This document shows, one piece after another, positions 41,329-53,100 of a stretch of 64,000 bases of DNA. The notes beneath the pieces were generated by a model. That model saw only the letters and a list, made by a program, of their open reading frames with translations. It ran no database searches and was not told the DNA's origin. The stretch is from assembly GCA_963778555.1 (NCBI GenBank), contig CAVZUR010000005.1:33756-97755 (forward strand), in the 5' to 3' direction. This DNA is from Candidatus Moraniibacteriota bacterium. Its GTDB lineage: Bacteria > Patescibacteriota > Minisyncoccia > Moranbacterales > UBA1568. Position 1 is the first letter of the stretch; the number at the start of each line of letters is the position of its first letter. The translations under genes and the position numbers were made by a program.

Positions 41329-42120
41329 ATGACTCAGATAATTGCGTTCGTCAATCAGAAAGGTGGTGTCGGGAAAACCACGACCACGATTAATGTCGCT
41401 CGTTACCTCGCGGAGGCGGGTCGGCGCGTGCTCTTGGTGGATCTTGATCCTCAAGGCAACGCTTCGTCAGGTCTTGGGGTGCACGTGCGGAATCTCGAGA
41501 AGAATCTCTACCACTCGATGATTCTCGGTCTCGCTCCGATGGAAATCATTCTCGATATCGGCATCCCAAATCTCTATCTCATTCCAGCCGCCCAAGATTT
41601 GGCGGGTGCGGAGATTGAAATGGTTCATCTCAGCGAGCGCGAATTCCGGCTCTATCAGGTCCTCCGGCAGCTCCGGTCTGAGTTCGATTATATTCTCATC
41701 GATAGCCCGCCCTCTCTCGGACTTTTGACAATAAATGGTCTGGTTGCGAGCGATGGTGTGATCGTGCCGGTCCAGACGGAATACTATGCGCTCGAAGGAC
41801 TGTCTCAGCTTCTCGGCACAATCGAACTCGTGCGCGAGCATTTGCAGCCAAACCTGAAAATTTTTGGCGCGCTTCTCACGCTTTTCGATCGGCGGAATCG
41901 TCTGGCCCGCCAGGTCGTGGAGGAAGTCCGGCGGCATTTTCCGGGCCCAGTGTTCGACAGCGTCATCCCGCGATCGGTCCGGTTAGCCGAGGCGCCGAGC
42001 TTTGGGAAATCCATTCTTGATTTCGATGCGTTTTCCAAAGGCGCCCGCGCCTACAAATCTGTTGTCCGTGAGATACTCGAACGCGAAGAAACCGAGCGGA
42101 AAAATCTTAAAGTAGTGTAG
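41329..42120 (+). CDS. parA: ParA/Soj ATPase
   Basis: NQKGGVGKTT, DLDPQGNAS, DSPPSLGLLT, LAEAPSFG. Confidence 0.96.
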   Translation: MTQIIAFVNQKGGVGKTTTTINVARYLAEAGRRVLLVDLDPQGNASSGLGVHVRNLEKNLYHSMILGLAPMEIILDIGIPNLYLIPAAQDLAGAEIEMVHLSEREFRLYQVLRQLRSEFDYILIDSPPSLGLLTINGLVASDGVIVPVQTEYYALEGLSQLLGTIELVREHLQPNLKIFGALLTLFDRRNRLARQVVEEVRRHFPGPVFDSVIPRSVRLAEAPSFGKSILDFDAFSKGARAYKSVVREILEREETERKNLKVV

Positions 42121-42131
42121 AATACTAGCAT

Positions 42132-43052
42132 ATGGCCCAGCAGTATGGACTGGGGCGCGGACTCGCTTCGCTCATTCCTCCTAAAAAAGAAAAATCATCA
42201 GCTGCCGCATCAACGGGAGCGGCTTTTGGGTCAGCACCAACGTCCGTCTTGCCGCCGGTAACAGTTTCGCACCCCGATATGCCAGTGATCCGCGAGATTC
42301 CCATCGGCGATATCGTTCCCAATCCGCATCAGCCGCGTCTCCACTTTGACGAAGCGAAGCTCGCAGAGCTCTCTGAATCTATCAGGGACCACGGGATTCT
42401 CCAGCCGCTCGTTGTTTCTTCGCTTGGAGACGGAAAATACGAGCTCATTGCCGGGGAACGCCGGCTTCAGGCGGCGAAGCGCGCGGGACTCATGGCGGTG
42501 CCAGTGGTCGTACGGCAGGCTGATAATCAGGAGAAACTTGAATTAGCTATCATCGAGAATATTCAGCGCCATGATCTGAATCCAATTGAAGAGGCGAGGG
42601 CGTATCTGCGTTTGACTGATGAGTTCGGGCTGCATCAGGATGCAGTCGCGAAAAAAATGGGCAAGAGTCGACCGAACATATCGAATACCCTCAGGCTCCT
42701 GACGCTCCCAGTGGAGATTCAGCGCGCCATTATCGAGGGAAAGATCAGTGAGGGGCATGCCAAAGCGCTCCTTTCCATCGAGAACCCCGAGAAACAGCGG
42801 GCACTTTTTGAACTTATCATCAAAGAAGAGCTCACGGTGCGTGAGGCTGAGGAAAAAGCGCGCGCAGTTTCCGTCCGTTCCCATCTTCGTACGGTCCGAG
42901 AAAATAGTCCTGAGCTTGCCGCCAAGGAAGATTGGCTGACCGAGCAGCTGGGGACGAAGGTACGAATTCAGTCGCGAGGTAAAGGGGGGAAAATAACCAT
43001 TGAGTTCTACTCGAATGAGGAACTTAGTGGAATCCTCGGTCGGCTCGCGTAA
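42132..43052 (+). CDS. parB: ParB/Spo0J
   Basis: GLGRGL, NPHQPR, IAGERR, ENIQR, HTH. Confidence 0.96.
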   Translation: MAQQYGLGRGLASLIPPKKEKSSAAASTGAAFGSAPTSVLPPVTVSHPDMPVIREIPIGDIVPNPHQPRLHFDEAKLAELSESIRDHGILQPLVVSSLGDGKYELIAGERRLQAAKRAGLMAVPVVVRQADNQEKLELAIIENIQRHDLNPIEEARAYLRLTDEFGLHQDAVAKKMGKSRPNISNTLRLLTLPVEIQRAIIEGKISEGHAKALLSIENPEKQRALFELIIKEELTVREAEEKARAVSVRSHLRTVRENSPELAAKEDWLTEQLGTKVRIQSRGKGGKITIEFYSNEELSGILGRLA

Positions 43053-43276
43053 TGTCTGTCAAAACAAACGAAAGAGTGACAGAGAGACGGACGGCCTCTC
43101 TGTTTGTTCGTGTTTCATATCAATCTGACTGATACCTCACTTCAGTAAGTCATTATATTTTTCTGTCAAGGTCAGAATATATTCAGTTCAATCACGAAAG
43201 AAGCCATCAATTCGTGGTATAATACAGGCTGAAATCTTGTCTAAAGTGGCGTTCCGAGGGCTCTCTACATGAATGT

Positions 43277-44113
43277 ATGGCGGAAGAAAAAACAACCATC
43301 AATCCTTTTCTCGGTAATCAAAAAACCCCCCCACCAGAGAGCCATGCGGCTGTCGAGCCAGCGGTATTGAGTCGTCGTGTACAGTCCGCTCCATCGAAAA
43401 CGACTTCAATGACCACAAACCTTCCGACTGAAGGAAGGTCGGGGATTGCTTCACCCTCGAGCAAGCGGCGGCATCAAGCAGTACGGTGGAGTCTGATCAG
43501 CCTCTCATTCCTGGTCGTCATTGTGGGACTCTTGTATTGGTGGTTCCGGGGAGTGGATAGCGTGCCAGTCGTAGCACCGAAAAGTGTACCGCCAGAAGAA
43601 CAGACAACAGTTCCGCTCAATATCGGAAATCTTGATGAACCAACAGCGCTTCCGGAGGGGAGTGCGAATTATGTCAGCGAGAATTTCAAAGCGGGAGAGA
43701 TCGTCATTGGCGGCGAACTCCAATTCCTCGTGGCTGAAGATGAGACAGGGCCACTTGCCTTGGACAATATCCGGGGTGAGGCGTTCACTGAAAAGAATAA
43801 ACAAGAAGTGAAACTCGTGGTGACTTGGACAACAAATAAGCTTTCGCAAGCAGCTGTCCGCTACTCGAAGGGTATTGGTCAGACAGAACGGTCCTTGAAA
43901 GAGGATGATTTCAGTTACAATCATAGCGTCATAATTTCCGGACTTGATCCGGCCTCGACCTACCTCTATGTGATTGATGCCGCTGACCGATATGGGAATC
44001 AGTTGCAGAGTGAGCCGCATGCGGTCTTTACGGGCGCCCGGACGGTGTCATTGTTTGATTTGATTGCAGGCGCTATCGGTGAAGTATTCGGCTGGGCGGT
44101 ATCAAATAAATAG
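43277..44113 (+). CDS. Membrane protein with an FN3-like domain
   Basis: Single TM; VTWTTN...HSVIISGLDPASTYLY..AAD.YGN. Confidence 0.75.
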   Translation: MAEEKTTINPFLGNQKTPPPESHAAVEPAVLSRRVQSAPSKTTSMTTNLPTEGRSGIASPSSKRRHQAVRWSLISLSFLVVIVGLLYWWFRGVDSVPVVAPKSVPPEEQTTVPLNIGNLDEPTALPEGSANYVSENFKAGEIVIGGELQFLVAEDETGPLALDNIRGEAFTEKNKQEVKLVVTWTTNKLSQAAVRYSKGIGQTERSLKEDDFSYNHSVIISGLDPASTYLYVIDAADRYGNQLQSEPHAVFTGARTVSLFDLIAGAIGEVFGWAVSNK

Positions 44114-44171
44114 CCCTTGATTAATTAAAAAAGATAATGTTTTTTTGTGATATAATTCAGCTATGGCATGA

Positions 44172-47100
44172 ATGTCCGCCATGTACTGGTATGTAAAAAA
44201 TAAAAATCTAAAACCGTATACTTATCTCCTAGCGATCGCATTGGCGACGGGGAGTCTCATTGGTTGGGGGATTCGATCCCAATCCGTTTTTGCGCAATCA
44301 ATAAATCAAATCTCAGTCGCTGCCTCGCTCTTCGACTCAGAAAGTAAACTTATCATCAATGGCGAGTATTCAGTCCGATTCGCTCTCTATCAAACAGATC
44401 GGGCAACCGCTGATGCTTACCCGTCGAACGCGGATGCGGGCAGCCGGCTGTGGGAAGAGACTCAGACCGTCACTGTAAAGAATGGTATCCTTCGAGCGTT
44501 CTTAGGGTCTTCGGTGGCGCTTCCACCAGACCTAAATTTCGAAAGCGGCGATTATTATCTCGGTATTCGAGTTGGTACGGACTCAGAGATGGTCCCCCGG
44601 AAGAAGCTCGGCGCTGTACCTGCTGCCTTGAATTCGCAATTTCTCCGCGGCAGGACATCTGGGACGAGCGAGGGCAATCTTCTGATACTGGGGAAAAACG
44701 GCAAGGTGAATATCAAACAGCTCCCGGTCGGGACCGGAGCGAATCAATTGGTACGAGGTGATGATTCGCGTCTCGGCGATAGTCATCAGCAGAATACGGA
44801 CATCAGTACCGATTCAGAGATTTTTACCATCGGCGATGGCACAAGCGCCACGAGTACGAATTTTGATCTCGCCGTTTCGAACTCGGCGACGCCTCCTGCG
44901 CTCCGGTACAACGGATCGACACAGGCCTGGCAACTCTCGAATGATGGGACCACCTTCTCAGACATCTCGTCCGGCCTGTCAGGTTCGGTGATTTTGGGAA
45001 CGGGTACAGACGGGGATTATGTCGAATCGATCTCCAATGGCAACGGGATTTTTGGGGGCGATGGCGGCAGCGAAGGGGCAGCGCTTTCGCTCAGCATCAA
45101 TCTTCTGGATTCCGCGGACGGTACCGGGAGTATTTCGAGCGAATCCGGACTTGAGTTCCAAGGTTTAGGAAATGATGAGCTCACCCTCCTACAGGGATGT
45201 GCGGATACGCAGCTTCTGGCGTGGGACGATACGAATAATGTCTGGGAATGTTCAACGGTTTCAGGTGCTGGTGGATTGAGCGGATCAGGCGGATCAGGCC
45301 AAGCAGCTTTCTGGACGAGCTCGACAACGCTCTCGGGTGAGAATCAGCTCAATCCGTCGCGCGGTGGTACTGGCGTGGATGGATCATTAGCCGCCAATGG
45401 TTCGCTCCTTATCGGCAACGGCACGGGGTATACACTGGCGACGCTCACCCAAGGGACGGGTATCACCGTCACCAACGGCGCAGGAAGCATCACCATCGCT
45501 TCCACCCTCGGGACAAGCATCGATCTCACGACTGAAGTGACCGGCACCCTCCCAGTCGGGAGTGGTGGCACCGGTGCGACGACCTTTACGAGCGGCGGAG
45601 TACTGTATGGGAACAGCACCTCCGCCGTCCAAGTCACCGCCGCCGGCACGAATGGTCAGCTCCTCCTCGGCGTCACGGCTGGTGCCCCGACCTTCGCCAC
45701 CATGAGTAGCGATGCCTCCATCACCAATGCTGGTGTCCTGACTATCGCCGCCGATGCTGTCGCCCTCACCACCGATACCACGGGGAACTATGTCGCGAAT
45801 GTCCAGACGAGCGTCCTCACCGGTCTCACCGGTGGCTCAGCGGGGAGCGAAGGAGCGTCTCTCACCCTCAACCTCGATTACTCCCAAGCCCTGACCGGGG
45901 ATGTGGCCTTGGGTGCGAATGCAGGTGTCTTCGGTCAGTCCGGCTTCGCCTTCGAAGGCTCGAGTGCTGACACGATCGAGACCTATCTCGTCGTCACCAA
46001 TCCTACTGCCTCGGACAAGACGATTACGTTCCCGGATGCATCCGGCACCGTTGTCCTGTCAGGTGGGACACTGTTCACGGCCGCTGGCACCTCCGGTTCC
46101 AGCCAAACCATCTCGCAGGGGGATACTCTGACTATCGCCGCTGGTACCGGTATCACGACCACCGGCGGAGCGACTGATACCATCACCATCGCTTCGACCC
46201 TCGGGACAAGCATCGATCTCACAACTGAAGTGACCGGCACCCTCCCAGTCGGCAATGGCGGTACTGGCGCCACCACCTTCACTGCCAATGGCGTCCTCTA
46301 TGGCAACACCACCGGTGCGGTTCAAGTCACCGCCGCCGGCACGAATGGTCAGCTCCTCCTCGGTGTCACCGCTGGTGCGCCAGACTTTCGCCACAATGAG
46401 CAGCGGATGCCTCCATCACCAATGCTGGTGTCCTGACCATCGCCGCCGATGCCGTCGCCCTCACCACGGATACCACGGGGAACTATGTGGCTTCGGCGAC
46501 CGCTTCAGGTGGACTCGTCATGACCGGGACCGAAGGCGCCTCGCTCGGCATCCTGCTTCCAACCGCGACCGACGGTCTCTCGACAACCACTTCTTCTGGC
46601 TCTGGTTTGGAATTGCTATCAAATGGATTAACCTTGCTGCAAGGCTGTGCGAATAATGAAGTTTTGTCATGGAACGAGTCGCTCGATCTTTGGTCCTGTA
46701 CCTCCATCGCGGGCGTCGGTGGCGTTACTGGTTCTGCCACTACCGGACAGGCTGCTTTCTGGAGTGGTACATCGACTATTGCTGGTGAGAATCAGCTTGC
46801 TACTTCTCGCGGTGGTACCGGGGTTAATGGTTCAGCAGCCGCCAATGGTTCGCTCCTCATCGGCAACGGCACGGGGTATACACTGGCGACGCTCACCCAA
46901 GGTACGGGTATCACCGTCACCAACGGCGCAGGAAGCATCACCATCGCTTCAACCCTCGGGACAAGCATCGATCTCACGACTGAAGTGACCGGCACCCTCC
47001 CAGTCGGCAATGGTGGTACTGGCGCCACCACCTTCACTGCCAATGGCGTCCTCTATGGCAACACCACCGGTGCGGTCCAAGTCACCGCCGCTGGCACGAA

Positions 47101-50100
47101 TGGTCAGCTCCTCCTCGGCGTTACGGCTGGTGCCCCGACCTTCGCCACCATGAGTAGCGATGCCACTATCACCAATGCTGGTGTCCTGACCATCGCCGCC
47201 AATGCTGTCGCCCTCACCACCGATACCACGGGGAACTATGTCGCGAATGTCGCGAATGGGAATGGCATCGCGGGCGGCTCAGCGGGGAGCGAAGGGGCCG
47301 CATTGACCCTCGCGATTGATCTCCTTGATTCAGCGGACGGTGCGGGCGCAGTGGCGAGCAACTCAGGTCTTGAATTTCAAGGTGCGGGATCGAATGAACT
47401 CGCCATCATCCAAGGCTGTTCCAATGGCCAAGGTATTTCCTGGGATGACACGACCAATCTTTGGCAATGTACCAGCTTCTCTGCCGGACTCGCTGGGAGT
47501 GGCACGACCGGTTATGCGACCTACTGGAGTGGCACCTCCTCCTTGGGGAGCGAGCAATTTCTCTCGACGGTCAGAGGCGGCACCGGTCTCGATGGCTCAG
47601 CGGCCGCCAATGGCACCCTCCTCATCGGCAATGGCACGGGGTATACGCTGAGCGACGTTGACCGATGGTACGGGTATTACTATCACGGAAGGCGCAGGAA
47701 GCATCACCATCGCTTCCACCCTCGGGACAAGCATCGATCTCACGACTGAAGTGACCGGCACCCTCCCAGTCGGCAATGGTGGTACCGGCGCCACCACCTT
47801 CACTGCCAATGGCGTCCTCTATGGCAACACCACCGGTGCGGTTCAAGTCACCGCCGCCGGCACGAATGGCCAACTCCTCCTCGGCGTCACCGCTGGTGCC
47901 CCGACCTTCGCCACTATGAGTAGCGATGCCTCCATCACCAATGCTGGTGTCCTGACCATCGCCGCCGATGCTGTCGCCCTCACCACCGATACCACAGGGA
48001 ACTATGTGGCCAGCCTCACCGCTGGTAACGGTATCAGTGGTACCGTCGCCAGCGAGGGAGCAACCCCGACCCTCGATATCGATCTCCTTGTCGCTGCTGA
48101 TGGCACGGGCGTCACTTCCTCCAATTCCGGTCTCGAATTCGCTGGTGCAAGCTCTGATAAGCTCGCACTCATCCAAGGCTGTTCCAATGGTCAAGGTATT
48201 TCCTGGAATGACACGACCAATCTCTGGGAATGCACCAGTTTCTCCGCCGGACTCTCCGGGAGTGGCACGACCGGTTATGCGACCTACTGGAGTGGCACCT
48301 CCTCCTTGGGGAGCGAGCAATTTCTCTCGACGGTCAGAGGTGGTACCGGTCTCGACGGTTCAGCCGCCGCCAATGGCACCCTCCTCATTGGCAATGGCAC
48401 GGGATATACGTTAGCGACCCTGACCGGTACGGCGAATGAAATTGGCATTACGAATGCCGCTGGCTCCATCACTATCGGTGTCCCGGATGACGGACTCGAC
48501 TTCACCGAATTCCAAGACACCCTCGATCTCGATGCGGCTCTCACCCTGAACCAGACCACCAATACCTGGACCCAGTCCTTCACCGGCACCACCACCACCG
48601 GCTTCGCCTACACCGCCACTTCCCTCACCACCGGCTCCGCCCTCAATGTCACTACCACCAATACCGCCACCGCCAACACCGCCCTCTCACCGGTTCAGTT
48701 CAATCTGACGAATGCTCAATCAACTACCGCCAACACCAATGGTGTCACCGGCCTCGCCGTCAACTTCACCAACAACCCGAGTGTTGCTGGTAACACGGAG
48801 TACGCGCTCCGGATCCAGAATCAGCTCACCGCGAACGTCACCGACAACGCTGTCAGTGCCCTCCTCCTCCTCGACAACGCCGACTCTACCGCGACTGGCA
48901 CCACCATCGTCACCGATGCCATCGCCATCACGAACTCAGGCGGATCGAACTTCACCAACTTCCTCAATACCCCGACCCTCGACATCAGTGCGGCGGGGGC
49001 GATCACCGGAGCGACGGGGATCACAAGCTCGGGGAACATCACGTTCTCTAGCCTCACCGCGAACTCTTTCCTCTACTCGGGTACGGGCGGTCTCCTCACC
49101 ACGACGACCGCTCCGACCAATGGCCAGCTCCTTATCGGAAGTACCGGCGTGGCTCCCGTCGCCGCGGCACTCACCCAAGGGACGGGTATCACCGTCACCA
49201 ACGGTGCAGGAAGCATCACCATCGCTTCCACCCTCGGGACGAGCGTGGACCTCACAACTGAAGTGACCGGCACCCTCCCAGTCGGCAATGGCGGTACCGG
49301 CGCGACATCGCTGACGGATCTCATCGCGTTGACGACGCATACCACGGGGAACTATGTGGCGAATGTTGCGAATGGGAACGGTATCGCGGGCGGCTCAGCG
49401 GGGAGCGAAGGGGCTTCCCTCACGCTCGCAATCGATTTACTGGATGTGGACGACAGTACGGGAGCGATTGCGAGCAACTCCGGCCTCGAATTCCAGGGCG
49501 CCGGTTCCAATGAGCTGACTCTCCTTCAAGGTTGTGCTGACACCGAGATTCTCGCTTGGGACAATACGACCAATGAATGGGAATGTGCGACAGTATCCGG
49601 CGTCGGCGGACTCTCTGGAAGCGGTACCACGAATTACGCTACCTATTGGACTGGGACCTCAACGTTAGGTGCTGAGGCTCAGCTCGATGAAACTCGCGGT
49701 GGTACCGGGATTGGAACGTATGCGACGGGTGACGTTCTCTATGCGAGTGGTGTGAATACCCTCGCCCGACTTGCGGCTGGTACTGACGGACAAGTACTGG
49801 TTCTGTCGAGTGGCGTACCGGTGTGGAGTACGATCGGAGGCGGAGGCGGAGGCGGAGTGACCGCTGACTCCCTCGACTTCACCGAATTCCAAGACACCCT
49901 CGATCTCGATGCGGCCCTCACCCTGAACCAGACCACCAATACCTGGACCCAGTCCTTCACCGGCACCACCACCACCGGCTTCGCCTACACCGCCACTTCC
50001 CTCACCACTGGCTCCGCCCTCAATGTCACTACCACCAATACCGCCACCGCCAACACCGCCCTCTCACCGGTTCAGTTCAATCTGACGAATGCTCAATCAA

Positions 50101-53100
50101 CTACCGCCAACACCAATGGTGTCACCGGCCTCGCCGTCAACTTCACCAACAACCCGAGTGTTGCTGGTAACACGGAGTACGCGCTCCGGATCCAGAATCA
50201 GCTCACCGCGAACGTCACCGACAACGCTGTCAGTGCCCTCCTCCTCCTCGACAACGCCGACTCTACCGCGACTGGCACCACCATCGTCACCGATGCCATC
50301 GCCATCACGAACTCAGGCGGATCGAACTTCACCAACTTCCTCAATACCCCAACCCTCGACATCAGTGCGGCGGGGGCCATCACTGGAGCGACGGGGATCA
50401 CCTCGAGTGGCTCTATCACCTTTAGTGCCTTTACCAGTAATGGTGGTCCGCTCTACACCAACGGTTCGGGTGTCATCGCTCAAACCACTGCCGGGACAGC
50501 AACCCAAGTCCTCCATGGTGGTACTGCTCCAAGCTTCTCCGCGGTCTCCCTCACCACCGATGTCTCGGGCACCCTCCCAGTCGGCAATGGCGGTACTGGC
50601 GCCACCACCTTCACTGCCAATGGCGTCCTCTATGGCAACACCACCGGTGCGGTCCAAGTCACCGCCGCTGGCACGAATGGTCAGCTCCTCCTCGGCGTCA
50701 CGGCTGGTGCCCCGACCTTCGCCACCATGAGTAGCGATGCCTCCATCACCAATGCTGGTGTCCTGACCATCGCCGCCGATGCTGTCGCTCTCACCACCGA
50801 TACCACGGGGAACTATGTCGCGAATGTCCAGACGAGCGTCCTCACCGGTCTCACCGGTGGCTCAGCGGGGAGCGAAGGAGCGTCTCTCACCCTCAACCTC
50901 GATTACTCCCAAGCCCTGACCGGGGATGTGGCCTTGGGTGCGAATGCAGGTGTCTTCGGTCAGTCCGGCTTCGCCTTCGAAGGCTCGAGTGCTGATACGA
51001 TCGAGACCTATCTCGTCGTCACCAATCCTACTGCCTCGGACAAGACGATTACGTTCCCGGATGCATCCGGCACCGTTGTCCTGTCAGGTGGGACACTGTT
51101 CACGGCCGCTGGCACCTCCGGTTCCAGCCAAACCATCTCGCAGGGGGATACTCTGACTATCGCCGCTGGTACCGGTATCACGACCACCGGCGGAGCGACT
51201 GATACCATCACCATCGCTTCAACCCTCGGGACAAGCATCGCCGCAGCTGAAGTCGATGCAGATGCTCTCGACTTCACCGAATTCCAAGACACCCTCGATC
51301 TCGATGCGGCTCTCACCCTGAACCAGACCACCAATACCTGGACCCAGTCCTTCACGGGCACCACCACCACCGGCTTCGCCTACACCGCCACTTCCCTCAC
51401 CACGGGCTCCGCCCTCAATGTCACCACCACCAATACCGCCACCGCCAACACCGCCCTCTCACCGGTTCAGTTCAATCTGACGAATGCTCAATCAACTACC
51501 GCCAACACCAATGGTGTCACCGGCCTCGCCGTCAACTTCACCAACAACCCGAGTGTTGCCGGTAACACGGAGTACGCGCTCCGGATCCAGAATCAGCTCA
51601 CCGCGAACGTCACTGACAACGCTGTCAGTGCTCTCCTCCTCCTCGACAACGCCGACTCTACCGCGACTGGCACCACCATCGTCACCGATGCCATCGCCAT
51701 CACGAACTCAGGCGGATCGAACTTCACCAACTTCCTCAATACCCCGACCCTCGACATCAGTGCGGCGGGGGCGATCACCGGAGCGACGGGGATCACAAGC
51801 TCGGGGAACATCACGTTCTCTAGCCTCACCGCGAACTCTTTCCTCTACTCGGGTACGGGCGGTCTCCTCACCACGACCACCGCTCCGACCAATGGTCAGC
51901 TCCTTATCGGTTGTACCGGTGTGGCTCCAGTCGCCGCGGCACTTACCCAAGGCACGGGTATCACCGTCACCAACGGTGCGGGAAGCATCACCATCGCTTC
52001 TACCCTCGGGACGAGCGTGGACCTCACAACTGAAGTGACCGGCACCCTCCCAGTCGGCAATGGTGGTACTGGCGCCACCACCTTCACTGCCAATGGCGTT
52101 CTCTATGGCAACACCACCGGTGCGGTCCAAGTCACCGCCGCTGGCACGAATGGTCAGCTCCTCCTCGGCGTCACGGCTGGTGCCCCGACCTTCGCCACCA
52201 TGAGTAGCGATGCCTCCATCACCAATGCTGGTGTCCTGACCATCGCCGCCGATGCTGTCGCTCTCACCACCGATACCACGGGGAACTATGTCGCGAATGT
52301 CCAGACGAGCGTCCTCACCGGTCTCACCGGTGGCTCAGCGGGGAGCGAAGGAGCGTCTCTCACCCTCAACCTCGATTACTCCCAAGCCCTGACCGGGGAT
52401 GTGGCCTTGGGTGCGAATGCAGGTGTCTTCGGTCAGTCCGGCTTCGCCTTCGAAGGCTCGAGTGCTGATACGATCGAGACCTATCTCGTCGTCACCAATC
52501 CTACTGCCTCGGACAAGACGATTACGTTCCCCAACGTGTCCGGCACCATCGTCCTTCTGGATGGCGCTCAGACCTTACGAGTGCGACCTGGAACCGACGG
52601 CTATCGGTGCACAGTATGGCGGCAGGCGGTACTTAACACGAGTGCTTCAACCGGCATCCCCACCATTTCGGCTGGTACCTGGAGCGTCTCATGCCACGCT
52701 CGGCGCTGCTTCGATCACCGCTGACTCCCTCGACTTCACCGAATTCCAAGACACCCTCGATCTCGATGCGGCCCTCACCCTGAACCAGACCACCAATACC
52801 TGGACCCAGTCCTTCACCGGCACCACCACCACCGGCTTCGCCTACACCGCCACTTCCCTCACCACGGGCTCCGCCCTCAATGTCACCACCACCAATACCG
52901 CCACCGCCAACACCGCCCTCTCACCGGTTCAGTTCAATCTGACGAATGCTCAATCAACTACCGCCAACACCAATGGTGTCACCGGTCTCGCCGTCAACTT
53001 CACCAACAACCCGAGTGTTGCTGGTAACACGGAGTACGCACTCCGGATCCAGAATCAGCTCACCGCGAACGTCACGGACAACGCTGTCAGTGCCCTCCTC

